NCBI GenBank assembly: GCA_010093605.1
Contig: MU004185.1
Location: forward strand, 579,334 to 643,333
Length of the DNA: 64,000 bases
Source: Lophium mytilinum
Lineage: Eukaryota
Direction: 5' to 3'
The notes under the pieces are model-generated. The model searched no databases, was not told the DNA's origin, and was given only the letters and a program-made list of their open reading frames with translations. Position numbers and translations under genes: made by a program. Positions 22,074 to 32,592 of this stretch are shown here, one piece after another. Every line of letters begins with the position of its first letter. Positions within the stretch are counted from its first letter, which is position 1.

Positions 22074-22220
22074 CCCATTACTCCCATTACTCCCATTACT
22101 CCCATTACTCCCATTACTCCCATTACTCCCATTACTCCCATTACTCCCATTACTCCCATTACTCCCATTACTCCCATTACTCCCATTACTCCCATTACTC
22201 CCATTACTCCCATTACTCCC
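22074..22220. repeat. Perfect minisatellite (CCCATTACT)16 plus CCC
   Basis: Sixteen identical 9-bp units from 22074 to 22217, counted directly. Confidence 0.97.
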
Positions 22221-23133
22221 CTCTACCCTTCTTACCCTCCCGATCCTCCGTCTAATCAGTAATGGTCAACTTTTACATTCCCCTTCATATGTCACATCAC
22301 TAGCTAGAGGGCTCCATGAAGTCACTTACAGTACTGACAATCTAGGCTGCTCGGGACGACTTACCCCAATGCCGTCTTCAGTTTTCTTAACTTTCTTTAC
22401 TACGTGACTACTCTACGCTTACTTGACCAGTACTAAGCCTAACGTACATATTCATGCTACCTCTATATCGCTTCTTTTCTCCTGTGACGTCCGAGTCACT
22501 TACTCCTAACACTTTAAGACTATCTCTATAGCACTTCGCCCCCCTATATATCGTAATAGTAGGGTTGAGCGTGTTTCGCTTTTACATACTACACCGTCTT
22601 GCCCTTTCTGCAGTCATGTGTTACGGCTTTTGTTCTTCCTTCAGGTCAGGCAGCGTGCTTGCAGATACTTCGGCGGAGCTGGGTAGCGGTGTTTCTTAAG
22701 ATTCTGTAATTTATCATCGGAGTATACATATCCTACTATAGGCGCTACCTCCTTGTGCCCTCGTTCGTGAAGTGACGTCGGCTCGTGTGAAATGTCTAGT
22801 TGAAACTACCAAGTATCGTTACTCATAGGTTTTATGTTGGAGGGATGTTGCTTGTAGCAAGATTGGGTACACAAGTGACTTCAGGGGCATCGCATACCAC
22901 AAGTAGGGGGATAAAATGGTTTCAAATGGATTCTGTTCGCATAAAACGTAGCTGAGGTAGACTATGATTTTTCATATCCACAAACGCTACATGATGAGGT
23001 CAAGCGCCATTCAATGCCCACGCCGTGATTCCCTGAGAACGCCCAGAATGCCTACCGTTTCTCCCAAATTAGGACTTTTGCCTACCTCATCCCCTTATAT
23101 ATCTCCAACGTCCGGCTCTCATGAGCCCCAGAC

Positions 23134-24339
23134 CTACTCATCCCTCTCAAGCAACGGCAGCACCTCCAACTCCCGCTTGATTATCCGCTCGAACTCTTCT
23201 CGCTCGATTCCCGCTGCCCGCGCAAGTCGGAATAAGGACTTCATGTCCGTGCTGATATGCTGCTTAATCGCCATCTCCGCCTGACTACTCGCTTCTGCCT
23301 CTCGCTCTAGTCGTTCTACCGAGCTCGACGACCCCGCCGACGCCGGCCGCGGGTGATTAAGCGCGCTGCCCTCATCCGACGGGTTCTCATGACCGGCATG
23401 CTCGACCGCAATGCCGTTCGCTGTGTACGGCGGCGGGAACGAGGAGTCGTAGCCCCCCGGTCCTAGATTCGTCGTCTCGAGCGGCTCCTTCTCAGGTTCG
23501 CGAGGAGGGAGCTTCCCTGCGCCTGAAAGTTCTCCGCCTTTCAGTGTCGATTCTCCTGCTATGAGTCCCTCTTCATCCGGGTCATGCGCATCGAGCGCCG
23601 GCTGCACTTCCGCAGCATAGCGGGCGAAATACTCTAGTTCTGCGAGCTCCGATTGCGAGGGCAGCTGGACGCGGGAACTGGCCGGGGGAGGGGCCGGCGA
23701 GCGCTTTTGGGCCGGTGTCACCCCGCCGGGCGTGCGGTCGTAGGAGGCCCAGTAGTCATCGTCGTCGTCTTCTGCATCATTGCTCTGCGCTTGGGCGGAT
23801 GCCGGTGCGGTTTGGTTCCCGTTCGTGGTGCCGTTAGCCTGCGGCGCTTTCCGCGTGAAGCTGGGCCCAGCGTCCTCGTTCGCCTCTGCTATGCTCTCAA
23901 ACCATCGTGCGCCGTCCTCGCCGTCTTCTGTGCCCCGAAGCTCGGCGAGCCGCCAGCCTTTGTCGTCGCCTGTGCACCAGAGGTATGTGGGGAGGAGCTT
24001 GAATTCTTCGAGGACAAGGCGGGCGTGCAGGGTTTCGGGGTCTAACCGCCGGTACAGGATGGCTTCTGGGTCTCTGAGCTCGACTTCTCCGGACACAGGG
24101 TGGGGTTCTAGCTGTATTTCTTCGACGATGCCGGGGAGTTTGGAGGCGACTTGTGCGTCCCAGCAGAGGAGGGTGAGCCAGGAGTTGGAGGAGAGGAGCT
24201 GTACTCGCTGCCGAAGGATCGGGGAAAGGAGAGGTAGCAGAGCTGGCGGAGGCTTGCTTGAGGCGAATGCGGTGGGTAGGCAGGCGAGGAGAGGGGGGAG
24301 GAGGTCTCGGGGAGCCGGGGGTGAGAGGTGTTGGATCAT
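23134..24339 (-). CDS. Hypothetical fungal protein, 401 aa, single exon
   Basis: Long ORF with globular-looking N-terminal half (LLPPLLACLPTAF...PPPALLPLLSPILRQRVQLL...YRRLDPETL), acidic DDDDDYWASYD motif and helical C-terminus (AIKQHISTDMKSLFRLARAAGIEREEFERII). Function not recognised. Confidence 0.8.
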   Translation of the reverse strand: MIQHLSPPAPRDLLPPLLACLPTAFASSKPPPALLPLLSPILRQRVQLLSSNSWLTLLCWDAQVASKLPGIVEEIQLEPHPVSGEVELRDPEAILYRRLDPETLHARLVLEEFKLLPTYLWCTGDDKGWRLAELRGTEDGEDGARWFESIAEANEDAGPSFTRKAPQANGTTNGNQTAPASAQAQSNDAEDDDDDYWASYDRTPGGVTPAQKRSPAPPPASSRVQLPSQSELAELEYFARYAAEVQPALDAHDPDEEGLIAGESTLKGGELSGAGKLPPREPEKEPLETTNLGPGGYDSSFPPPYTANGIAVEHAGHENPSDEGSALNHPRPASAGSSSSVERLEREAEASSQAEMAIKQHISTDMKSLFRLARAAGIEREEFERIIKRELEVLPLLERDE

Positions 24340-27186
24340 TTTCGGGACTTTGGCGATGGGCGGATTATGGTGGAGGAAAGACGAAGTGGCGGTTCAAAAA
24401 ATGTACTTATGCACAGGTGTTATTATGTTAGCTGCTGTCGCCCTGGTTCCGTGGTAGGTTTGGGTCCTCGTCCCACAGGTTGGCCGCCTGAATTGCGGGA
24501 CGTGGGCGTGGCAGCTGAGTGACGATGCTGTCACATGCGAGCCAGATGCGGGTCACAGCGCGTGCGTATTGATGCGACGACACGGGGAGGGCCAAGGAGG
24601 AGAAGAAAAATAGGAAGAGAAGCTGTGGTGAGAGGAGTGAGGATGCATATCGACAGCAAATAATCGAGTTCTGCTAGAGGTTGCTTATGGCTGCCGTTCT
24701 TAGCCTCCTTCTGGCCGATAGATCTGGGGAGCCAGGATGTCCCGCTTTCCCGCGTCCGCTTGCCGCCATGTTGTTTCAACTCCACACGGAAAAGCTTAGG
24801 CTCGCTGCTTTCATTGCTCACCACCTCGTCTTTACTGCTGTCTCTAATTCGGCTTGTACGAAGTGACAACAAGAGCTCTTCCATGACCATAGTACAAAAG
24901 GAACGAGAAGAAAATCTGGGTTCGCGGCTTTCGGCTTCGGTGCATTTCGGGAAATACCTTCGGAGATGTACTGATTCACATTAGTCTCCAGGAACCGAAC
25001 TAAGACATACCGCAATTAACATCAATTTCTACTCTACTACGGGAGCCGAAGCATAAATGGAAAAGAAATCCGGACTTTGAAGTGTCCTGTTCTGGGACAT
25101 CGCTGTGGCACCAAAGGCCCTCAATCCCCGTGCCTATCTCAACGGTGTTTGGTACGACCATCATTTAACGTCGTCTCAGTCAATATCAATCGATGCGACA
25201 CTAGTCAAGTCTGAATTAGAGTAAAGTGTCATCATGCCGCTCGCACTAGCTCTTTCTGTGGGCCCATCCAGGACAATGGAAGAGGACTTGAGGAATCATC
25301 GGCAAAAGGACTTTTATCCATAATACCCTTTCGTCTTAGCACTCGCAGGATTACAAGTCGCTGAAGCAGGCACTCTTGAGCCTCAAAACCGAGATACACA
25401 ACATCGCTCGGCGACCTTTATTGAGGCATGAATACACCTTAAATATGCTATCAATTATACCAAGATTTCTGTTCGCTTGTTTCTGCGATACGTGCGCGGA
25501 GTCTGTTCTGAAACAGAGCCTAAAGGCGGGATTACTAACGTCTCTATGGCGAAGACACCCCGTTATTGGCCCGCTACACAGCCTCAAACTTCACCTCAAC
25601 TCGGACTGTGGTTGCGTGGCTGTTTGTAAAGTCAGCATGAGAATGACGCGCATACAGACAGCAATGGCAGCACAACAGTCCTTAAGAAGAAGCACTAAGA
25701 GCATGCCCTGACATGGTGGAGTTTTCATCTAATTTTGGGTGCTGATATGCATATCGCTAGCTTCCGAGATGGAATTGGGAAAGAATGCCTAGCGGGAAGC
25801 CAAAAAGCTTCTGGCAGCTTGTTCTCGGCTCTCTCTAGACTGTGCGTCATGGGACTAGCGGGAGCGACGTCGTGGCTGTCGAAGGAATGCGGGACTATCA
25901 CCGTAGTCTTGGCTATCTGCAGACTCGAGAATGAACGAATGTGCTTCTAGAAGGATCGTGCTCAAGGCCAGGCACTTGGGGCTGAGCAGCATTGGATTCG
26001 GCTGTTGACATTGCGCTCGATTGTCATGTCGAGATGCATGAGAACCGGTCAGAGACACAACTCCAGCGATCTCTATGCTGGCTGTGTCCCCAGTCAAGAC
26101 TCGACTCTGTAACGATCTATCCGTCTATCTATCTATCTGTCTCGTGGGGTATCCGTGCGGGATTTGATAGCGCTACTTCTACCAGACTGCATCTCATACA
26201 TACATCTTTTGCAAGGATGCACGGGAATGGCTGCGAGGTCAAGACCCATGATATCCAAGTCTTTGTATATGGCCAGAACAGTGCAGCCAGTTCGTAACTG
26301 AGATGGTACAGACGAAGCCGCTCGAGACCAGCAATCATGCAGGCGAGTGGTGCCAGGCTGGTTTTGTGGTGGTGCTGCCGTCTAAGCCTCCCCAGACACG
26401 AGACCAAGCGTGGCTGAGGCGAACCAAAGCAGTCGGAAATCTGCCTCGACAACGACTAGGAGGCTGGGTAGTGCTGGCAGGAGTGGAGTCCGCTGCTCTT
26501 CCCCAGGCCTTTCTGCGACCTCGTCCCGGGTGCAGACAAGCCTGTCACCAGTTAAAAGACGAGGGCCAAAAGCTGCCGTTCAACCCCTTCCCTTCTTGGC
26601 ATCACGACTGTCGCAAACCCGCCGTGTCAGCCTGACCGGTGCGAGTGCAGAATAGTCCCAGGTTGCTGCGGTCGCGACATCATCGCTGCGTTCCGCCTGG
26701 AACTACTTGCTGGCGGATTCTGAGACCCGGCACACGCTCGAAACATCGCCCTCGACGACCGGTGCTGCTCGTGTGGTCGCGACGTTCCTGGATCAGCTCA
26801 AGGCTGCTTTTTGAGGCTTAGCGCATCGTGGGCATCCCTGGCACAAGGCGCACCCGCAGACCGTCGTTCATAGCGGCAGCATTGTCCACTGTTGCCGCAA
26901 CTCTTGGGCGTGCAATAGTCTTCGTCTTCTCTGCCTTTTCTCGCGCTTCTCCTTCACCCTCAATATCTCTTGCAACCACTTCTTGCTTCCGCGCGTCGAA
27001 CCGCCCGTCGAAATCTCAGGCGGCTAGGCAGCACTCCATGCCACGATAACCCACATCCTCAGTCACGTTGCCACCCACCATCTACCATTCGCACCTCGGG
27101 ACTAGCTCCAGGGACCCTCGGTGCGCAGAGAATCACTCGTTCTCCATTTGTAAATTGGGCTATCCCGCGTGGGCATTCTGGGACCA

Positions 27187-30100
27187 ATGATGCCCGCGAT
27201 GGAGTCAAGATCCCCCTCGTACACCAACGGCCAAGGCAATATGCCCCGCCGCCAGGATGAGAACCGTTTCCTGTCTTCATCACCTTCGGGGAATCACTAT
27301 CTACCGAATGATGACGGCTCGTTCGCCTTTTCTGCGGAGCCCGTAATAATGAACTACACCACCATGGGCGCCTTGCATTCAACTGAATCCACAGAGAATT
27401 CCGTCTTCACCCCCAACACTGGCTCATCCTATGACTCGCTCCACCCGGATGTCATCAATCAATCCTACGCACATCAGCCGAATCAGTATGTCCAGCACCA
27501 AATGCAGCATTTAGCTGGAAACTCTGCGCCCCATAGCCTCTCGCCGTCCGTGAACTCGTTGCACGACCACGTCAGCCCTGATGGATATCTCAGTGATTCC
27601 ATCTATCAAGATTACAGCCAATACACCACGCCAGGTTTCGGAGATCCGCTTCTAGAAAATCCACTCTTGGAAACTCAGCTCGGGTCACTGCTCCATATCA
27701 GCGAGACCAACCAAGGCAGCCCCTACGCTGGGTCCTACCATGGCAGTAGCTCTATGCTTGGAGTAGATGCCAACTCGATGCGAGGCTTCAATCAGGGTCA
27801 GCCGTCTCTATCTTCTGCGAGGTCCGACTCACATCTTTTGTCGCCAAGCTTGACCAGCAATTCGAGCCCGGTGATTGGTGATGAGAGCGCGAACAATCTC
27901 ACCGTAGCTGCTATCAGGCTCACCGGGAACGAGTTTCAGCCACAATCTACCCCTTCGCCTGCCATGTCTTCCAGTGCTCGATCAAACCCCCACCAACAAC
28001 AGCACAGCCCGGCGCTTACCAACAGCCCGGGTGGACCTGGTGCAGGTGGAGTGTCCCTTGCAAACCCTCAGCCACGAGCGCCACATCTCACAAGCCCCAT
28101 TGTTCGCGTGGAGAATTACAGTCGTGGGGAATCTCCCGCCAGGTCCGACATTAGTCGGACCATGAGCAAGAGAAGTCATGGGAGTCGAAGATCTGGCACG
28201 CACCTGTCGCCATACCCGGTAGACGACTCCTCTGATGATGATATGGAGGAAGAGCCACCGCCTGTCAGGAACGTATCAGTTGCCGCTGAAAGAAGGGAAG
28301 ATGGTTCTTGGCTTGCGGACAACAGTTCCGGTCAGGCTGGACTAAGTCCTGCCGATCGGGATGCCATGAAAGATATCTACGTACCAACCATTGAGGAAGT
28401 AGCCGAGCAACGCCTCATAGCAGAAAAGAAGGCCGAGGTTCAAGACTGGCTGACAAAGAGCGAGGTTGGGAGCGAAGCTGGAGATATCGACAATGATGCC
28501 CTAGCAATCCGAAGAAAGCACACCACCAACAGACGCCGAGCCAAGAGCCATAACGATGCCAGCGTACGTCAGACTCTTGGGTCTTCTCTAGGCCTTGGTG
28601 TGCGGACTGTATTTGATGACTCTGGAATCCCGGGACCGGGAGTATACGTTGATGAGCGGAGCGAAATGGACGAAGACGAAGAGGAAGATGAAGAAGACTA
28701 CGAGCCGGAATCTCCACCTGCCCAAATAGAAGTGGCTGGAGTGGAAGTGGAAACATCATACTTCCCGTCTATCACACAGAACGAAGTCGCTCCAGAAGCG
28801 CCGGTAGGCACTCGGCCCTGGAATGATGTTCCTTTCCAACCGGAAGCCTCGGGTGATCGCTATCAGCCTCCTACCTCAAATGCGGCTATGATGCGGTTCC
28901 ATCAACGAGCAAAGGACATCGAGTCGGCATCGCTTGCAGCTACTATTGGCTCACGCCGCGTGAGTGAGTCTGATCTGGGCAGTCTATATGCTGCTGGGGG
29001 TGTATCGAAGCTCATTACCTCGGACGTAAACCAAGCGAAACCAAAGGACAAGAGTAGAGACAGGCGACCAAGCTTCTTAGATAATATTCTTCCAAAGCGC
29101 ACGGTTAGTAACAACGTATTGAAGCGGAAAGGGAGCCACCCAATAGCACCACCACAAGCACCAGACTCTGCCATACCTAAAGTGAAGGAGCCTCAACCAT
29201 TACTAGAGAAGCCCAAGAGGATAGGAAGCTGGGGCCGTCCCAAGTCACCGAGGCTTGACACCAGTGTAGCTCAAAACACTAGGGATGTTGGTCCTCCAGG
29301 CTCTGGTAATCTGTCTGCAACGTCAGGTCCGTGGGCGCATGCCAAGAACGCCATCAGACGAAGCAGGAGTAGGAGTGATTTGGGAAAATCACCTGGCCTT
29401 GCAGAACTCATGACACAACACGGTGGCCCACCGATGCTGACCCTTGCATCTCCATTAGCGGACGCCGAAGCAACCAAAAATTCTCCCCTTCCAAGCCCTG
29501 GTGGTGACGAGGACGAAAACAACATGGACGACGAAGGTCTATCATCAGAAGCGGTCATTATGGATCTCAAAGTCCGTTCCGATCCCATAATACCCACGTA
29601 CGAAGGTTTCAAGACCCATGCAAGACAACTCAACCCAAGGCTAGTGGATTACATGGTCGAAAGAATCACACAAGAGCAGATGAGGCGATACAAGCGGCTC
29701 CTAGAGTTTCGAGTGAAGCATCTAAATGCCGTGAAGAATAAGAAGTGTGCGTCTACGAAGGAGTTCTGTGTAGCTCTCGGTGGGGACTCGAAATTGCTAC
29801 CTCCTCGGGCGGGCAACAAGGACTCCGATGCACCTTTTATTGGGTTTCAAATCACAGCCCCTGGGGCATCGGACGATGATGGCGAGGCCGCGCCAGAAGG
29901 AACCGTCGTTTCTGCACAGTTCCCTCAGGGTGTTCCATTGCCTCCTGTCAAGAGGCTGCCAGCAGAGTTTGAATGCCCCCTATGCTTCAAGGTTAAGAAG
30001 TTCTACAAGCCATCCGACTGGACAAAACATGTCCATGAAGATGTTCAGCCATTCACTTGTACTTTCCCCAACTGCGGTGAGCCCAAGTCGTTCAAGCGCA

Positions 30101-31224
30101 AAGCGGACTGGGTCAGACACGAGAACGAGCGACATCGCCAACTCGAAAACTGGACATGCTCTGTGGCCGATTGTAACCACACCTGCTACCGCAAAGACAA
30201 CTTTGTGCAGCATCTTGTTCGTGAGCACAAGATTGCTGAGCCACGAGCACGCACAGGCCGGTCGGGAAATACTAGTGCGCGGGATACATCTGCACATCCG
30301 GACAATGCCTGGTCAGGCGGCTTTCCTGGCGGAAGTCAGACTTCAAAGGACCCTTCGGACGATGTCTGGGCTCTAGTAGAGAAGTGTCGTCAGGACACAA
30401 CGAAACAGCCTAAGGACGAGCCTTGCAGATTCTGCGGTAACATCCTCAACAGTTGGAAGAAGTTGACAGTGCATCTGGCGAAGCACATGGAGCAAATTAG
30501 CATGCCGATTCTCCCTCTTGTGGAACAGAAGCAGCTCAACGCAGACACTATCATCAGCCCGGTCGTGGAGATGCCCGAGCATTCTAGGAACCAGCTTGCT
30601 ACACCAATCAAATCACCCAACGACAATCCGTCCAGGTACAATCCGGGCTCCACTATGCCTCATCTTGGTGCTGGATTTGACCCAGCAACGTACGCGCAGT
30701 ACTCGTCAGAGGTTTCCCAATCTAGCCTCACGGCTCCGGCCATGCACTCGTATCCGCCGCCACAGTTTCCGTATCGTGGCCAACAACAGCAACAGAATCC
30801 ATCCTTCAGCTTTCCCATTGACCAACCGCAGAGCTTTGCTGTCCGCTCATACCCAGGGCTACTTGACACCAGGCAGCGCAGTCCTCAGGGCAATGGAGCA
30901 CAGTCATCGAATCAAGCATACCGAGGGAACATGCAGAATGGTGCTGGCCAGTATGCTCCAATCACTCCGGTTTCGGCGACGTATGGACAACCGCAGGTGT
31001 TCTCCTCTCCAGTTGACACAACGCCATACTCCAATGAAATACCGTCAGCATACTTTACAAACGAGCCACAGAGCATTGTTGCAGCGCCTCAGGCTGGTCT
31101 GAATGGAAACGCCCATCTTGGGTACGACCAGAGCAGTGGTGTTCCATACTCGTCGGCAGGGTATCAACAGATTCCTCAGTATATGCAACAGCAACAGCAG
31201 AACTATCCCTACCAGGGGCAATGA
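27187..31224 (+). CDS. Large C2H2 zinc-finger transcription factor (ZF-B), ~1345 aa, single exon
   Basis: First ATG at 27187 (the track start at 27169 is GTG). FECPLCFKVKKFYKPSDWTKHVHEDVQPFTCTFPNCGEPKSFKRKADWVRHENERH; NWTCSVADCNHTCYRKDNFVQHLVREH; PCRFCGNILNSWKKLTVHLAKH; Q/S/P-rich flanks. Confidence 0.92.
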   Translation: MMPAMESRSPSYTNGQGNMPRRQDENRFLSSSPSGNHYLPNDDGSFAFSAEPVIMNYTTMGALHSTESTENSVFTPNTGSSYDSLHPDVINQSYAHQPNQYVQHQMQHLAGNSAPHSLSPSVNSLHDHVSPDGYLSDSIYQDYSQYTTPGFGDPLLENPLLETQLGSLLHISETNQGSPYAGSYHGSSSMLGVDANSMRGFNQGQPSLSSARSDSHLLSPSLTSNSSPVIGDESANNLTVAAIRLTGNEFQPQSTPSPAMSSSARSNPHQQQHSPALTNSPGGPGAGGVSLANPQPRAPHLTSPIVRVENYSRGESPARSDISRTMSKRSHGSRRSGTHLSPYPVDDSSDDDMEEEPPPVRNVSVAAERREDGSWLADNSSGQAGLSPADRDAMKDIYVPTIEEVAEQRLIAEKKAEVQDWLTKSEVGSEAGDIDNDALAIRRKHTTNRRRAKSHNDASVRQTLGSSLGLGVRTVFDDSGIPGPGVYVDERSEMDEDEEEDEEDYEPESPPAQIEVAGVEVETSYFPSITQNEVAPEAPVGTRPWNDVPFQPEASGDRYQPPTSNAAMMRFHQRAKDIESASLAATIGSRRVSESDLGSLYAAGGVSKLITSDVNQAKPKDKSRDRRPSFLDNILPKRTVSNNVLKRKGSHPIAPPQAPDSAIPKVKEPQPLLEKPKRIGSWGRPKSPRLDTSVAQNTRDVGPPGSGNLSATSGPWAHAKNAIRRSRSRSDLGKSPGLAELMTQHGGPPMLTLASPLADAEATKNSPLPSPGGDEDENNMDDEGLSSEAVIMDLKVRSDPIIPTYEGFKTHARQLNPRLVDYMVERITQEQMRRYKRLLEFRVKHLNAVKNKKCASTKEFCVALGGDSKLLPPRAGNKDSDAPFIGFQITAPGASDDDGEAAPEGTVVSAQFPQGVPLPPVKRLPAEFECPLCFKVKKFYKPSDWTKHVHEDVQPFTCTFPNCGEPKSFKRKADWVRHENERHRQLENWTCSVADCNHTCYRKDNFVQHLVREHKIAEPRARTGRSGNTSARDTSAHPDNAWSGGFPGGSQTSKDPSDDVWALVEKCRQDTTKQPKDEPCRFCGNILNSWKKLTVHLAKHMEQISMPILPLVEQKQLNADTIISPVVEMPEHSRNQLATPIKSPNDNPSRYNPGSTMPHLGAGFDPATYAQYSSEVSQSSLTAPAMHSYPPPQFPYRGQQQQQNPSFSFPIDQPQSFAVRSYPGLLDTRQRSPQGNGAQSSNQAYRGNMQNGAGQYAPITPVSATYGQPQVFSSPVDTTPYSNEIPSAYFTNEPQSIVAAPQAGLNGNAHLGYDQSSGVPYSSAGYQQIPQYMQQQQQNYPYQGQ

Positions 31225-32592
31225 TATTCACCGATCTTCTTGGAAAGCATTTTGGCTAGTTGGTGGAACAAGTGGTGGCTTATATTTCTTGATGGGAAAC
31301 GATTCTTATGTCTTAATGTCATGATAGCGGAATGTACCAATCATAGACCGATTTCTTGTTCTCATTGCATCGGGGTTAGAGGACAACGGAGCGATTATGT
31401 CCTTTATGAGCGTTCTGTTGTATGTTTTCACATGGATCTAATAGGCGTTTGGGTTCTTCCTGGGGTTTCTGGAGACAGGGCGTGGAACGCGATACCTCCC
31501 TCTCTCAGGCCAACATTTACCAATCAGAATAGTAATCTCATGTTTCAAACGATTGGTCTTTCGGCAGGTGGACACTAGGTGCCATGCGGCATTTACAGCT
31601 CACGAACTAGGTCCTCTTTCGAGCTTGAAGCTGGTGGCATGCGGCAGACACTGCGGTCCGACTCGATTGTGCATGGTGCTACACCAATGCACCATGCCAC
31701 AGCCGGAACGAGGGCGCGGGGTGTTTCCCAGAGATACAGACCGCAAACAAGCGCCGTGGCTCTGGCAGGTCGACGGGGAGTACGCACACAGCCGCGGACA
31801 TGCAGATCTCGGATTCGTGCCACGATCGGCGACGATGCACAGAATGCGGGCGGGATTTTGGGTTTAAGAGGGCAATCATAGGGCGAGCAGGGCGTCGACT
31901 CAGCCACCTTTAGAGGGACACACCAATGTTCTGCCAAGGATGGCGGCCGGTCACCCAAGCTGGAGAGAGGCCGCCCACGCAGGCAGCAACAAGGCAAATC
32001 GGTTGCCTTTTTTTCTTCTGCATCAACAGCGCGGAGGCCGCCTTTTATCCTCGCACCATGAGCTAGGGAGCCTCACTCGATATGCTCGCCCGAGCCCTGA
32101 GCCCCCACTGAAGTCTGCTGCGCACTCTCTACACCCATCAGTTCCGCATCCGACCACCGCCGCTGTCCTCCTCGACATCTCTACGACTTTCCCACACCGG
32201 CCGCCCTGTGCAGCCAATTATTCCCACTTGCGCTGAGCCTGGTGCTCGCGCTACGTTCCTCTCAAGAAAGCCCTTCACTCGTGTCAGCCTCCAAGCGGTG
32301 TGGACGCCGGAGTACTAATGCACCCTCCTTGACGCACCGCCGTTGACTTCGACCTGTTGACCTCTCCGCGCCTATCCAAGGCTTCTCATTAGGCCCAAGG
32401 CTGCAGGCGCTCTTTTCCGTAGGTCGCTTTCTTCCGTTCTACTTTGTGTTTGTCTCTGTTGAGCATCTCCTTGACCGCTCGTCGGCTGCGGTTGTGTATT
32501 TCTCAACTCCATGTGCCTACTGTGCAAACATCAATGAGTCGTGTTGCGCCCCTGTGACGTTGAGGGCTAACATGTCCCAGACTAGGTCGGAC

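Noticed and set aside
22074..22220. CRISPR array or coding repeat (HYS/PIT/GVM ORFs in the track)
   Set aside because: No spacers, eukaryotic context and no cas genes; the ORFs exist only because the 9-mer lacks stops in those frames.
24340..27180. Short ORFs and a (TCTA)n-like microsatellite at ~26116-26142 upstream of ZF-B
   Set aside because: ORFs are not protein-like and the microsatellite is short and ordinary.
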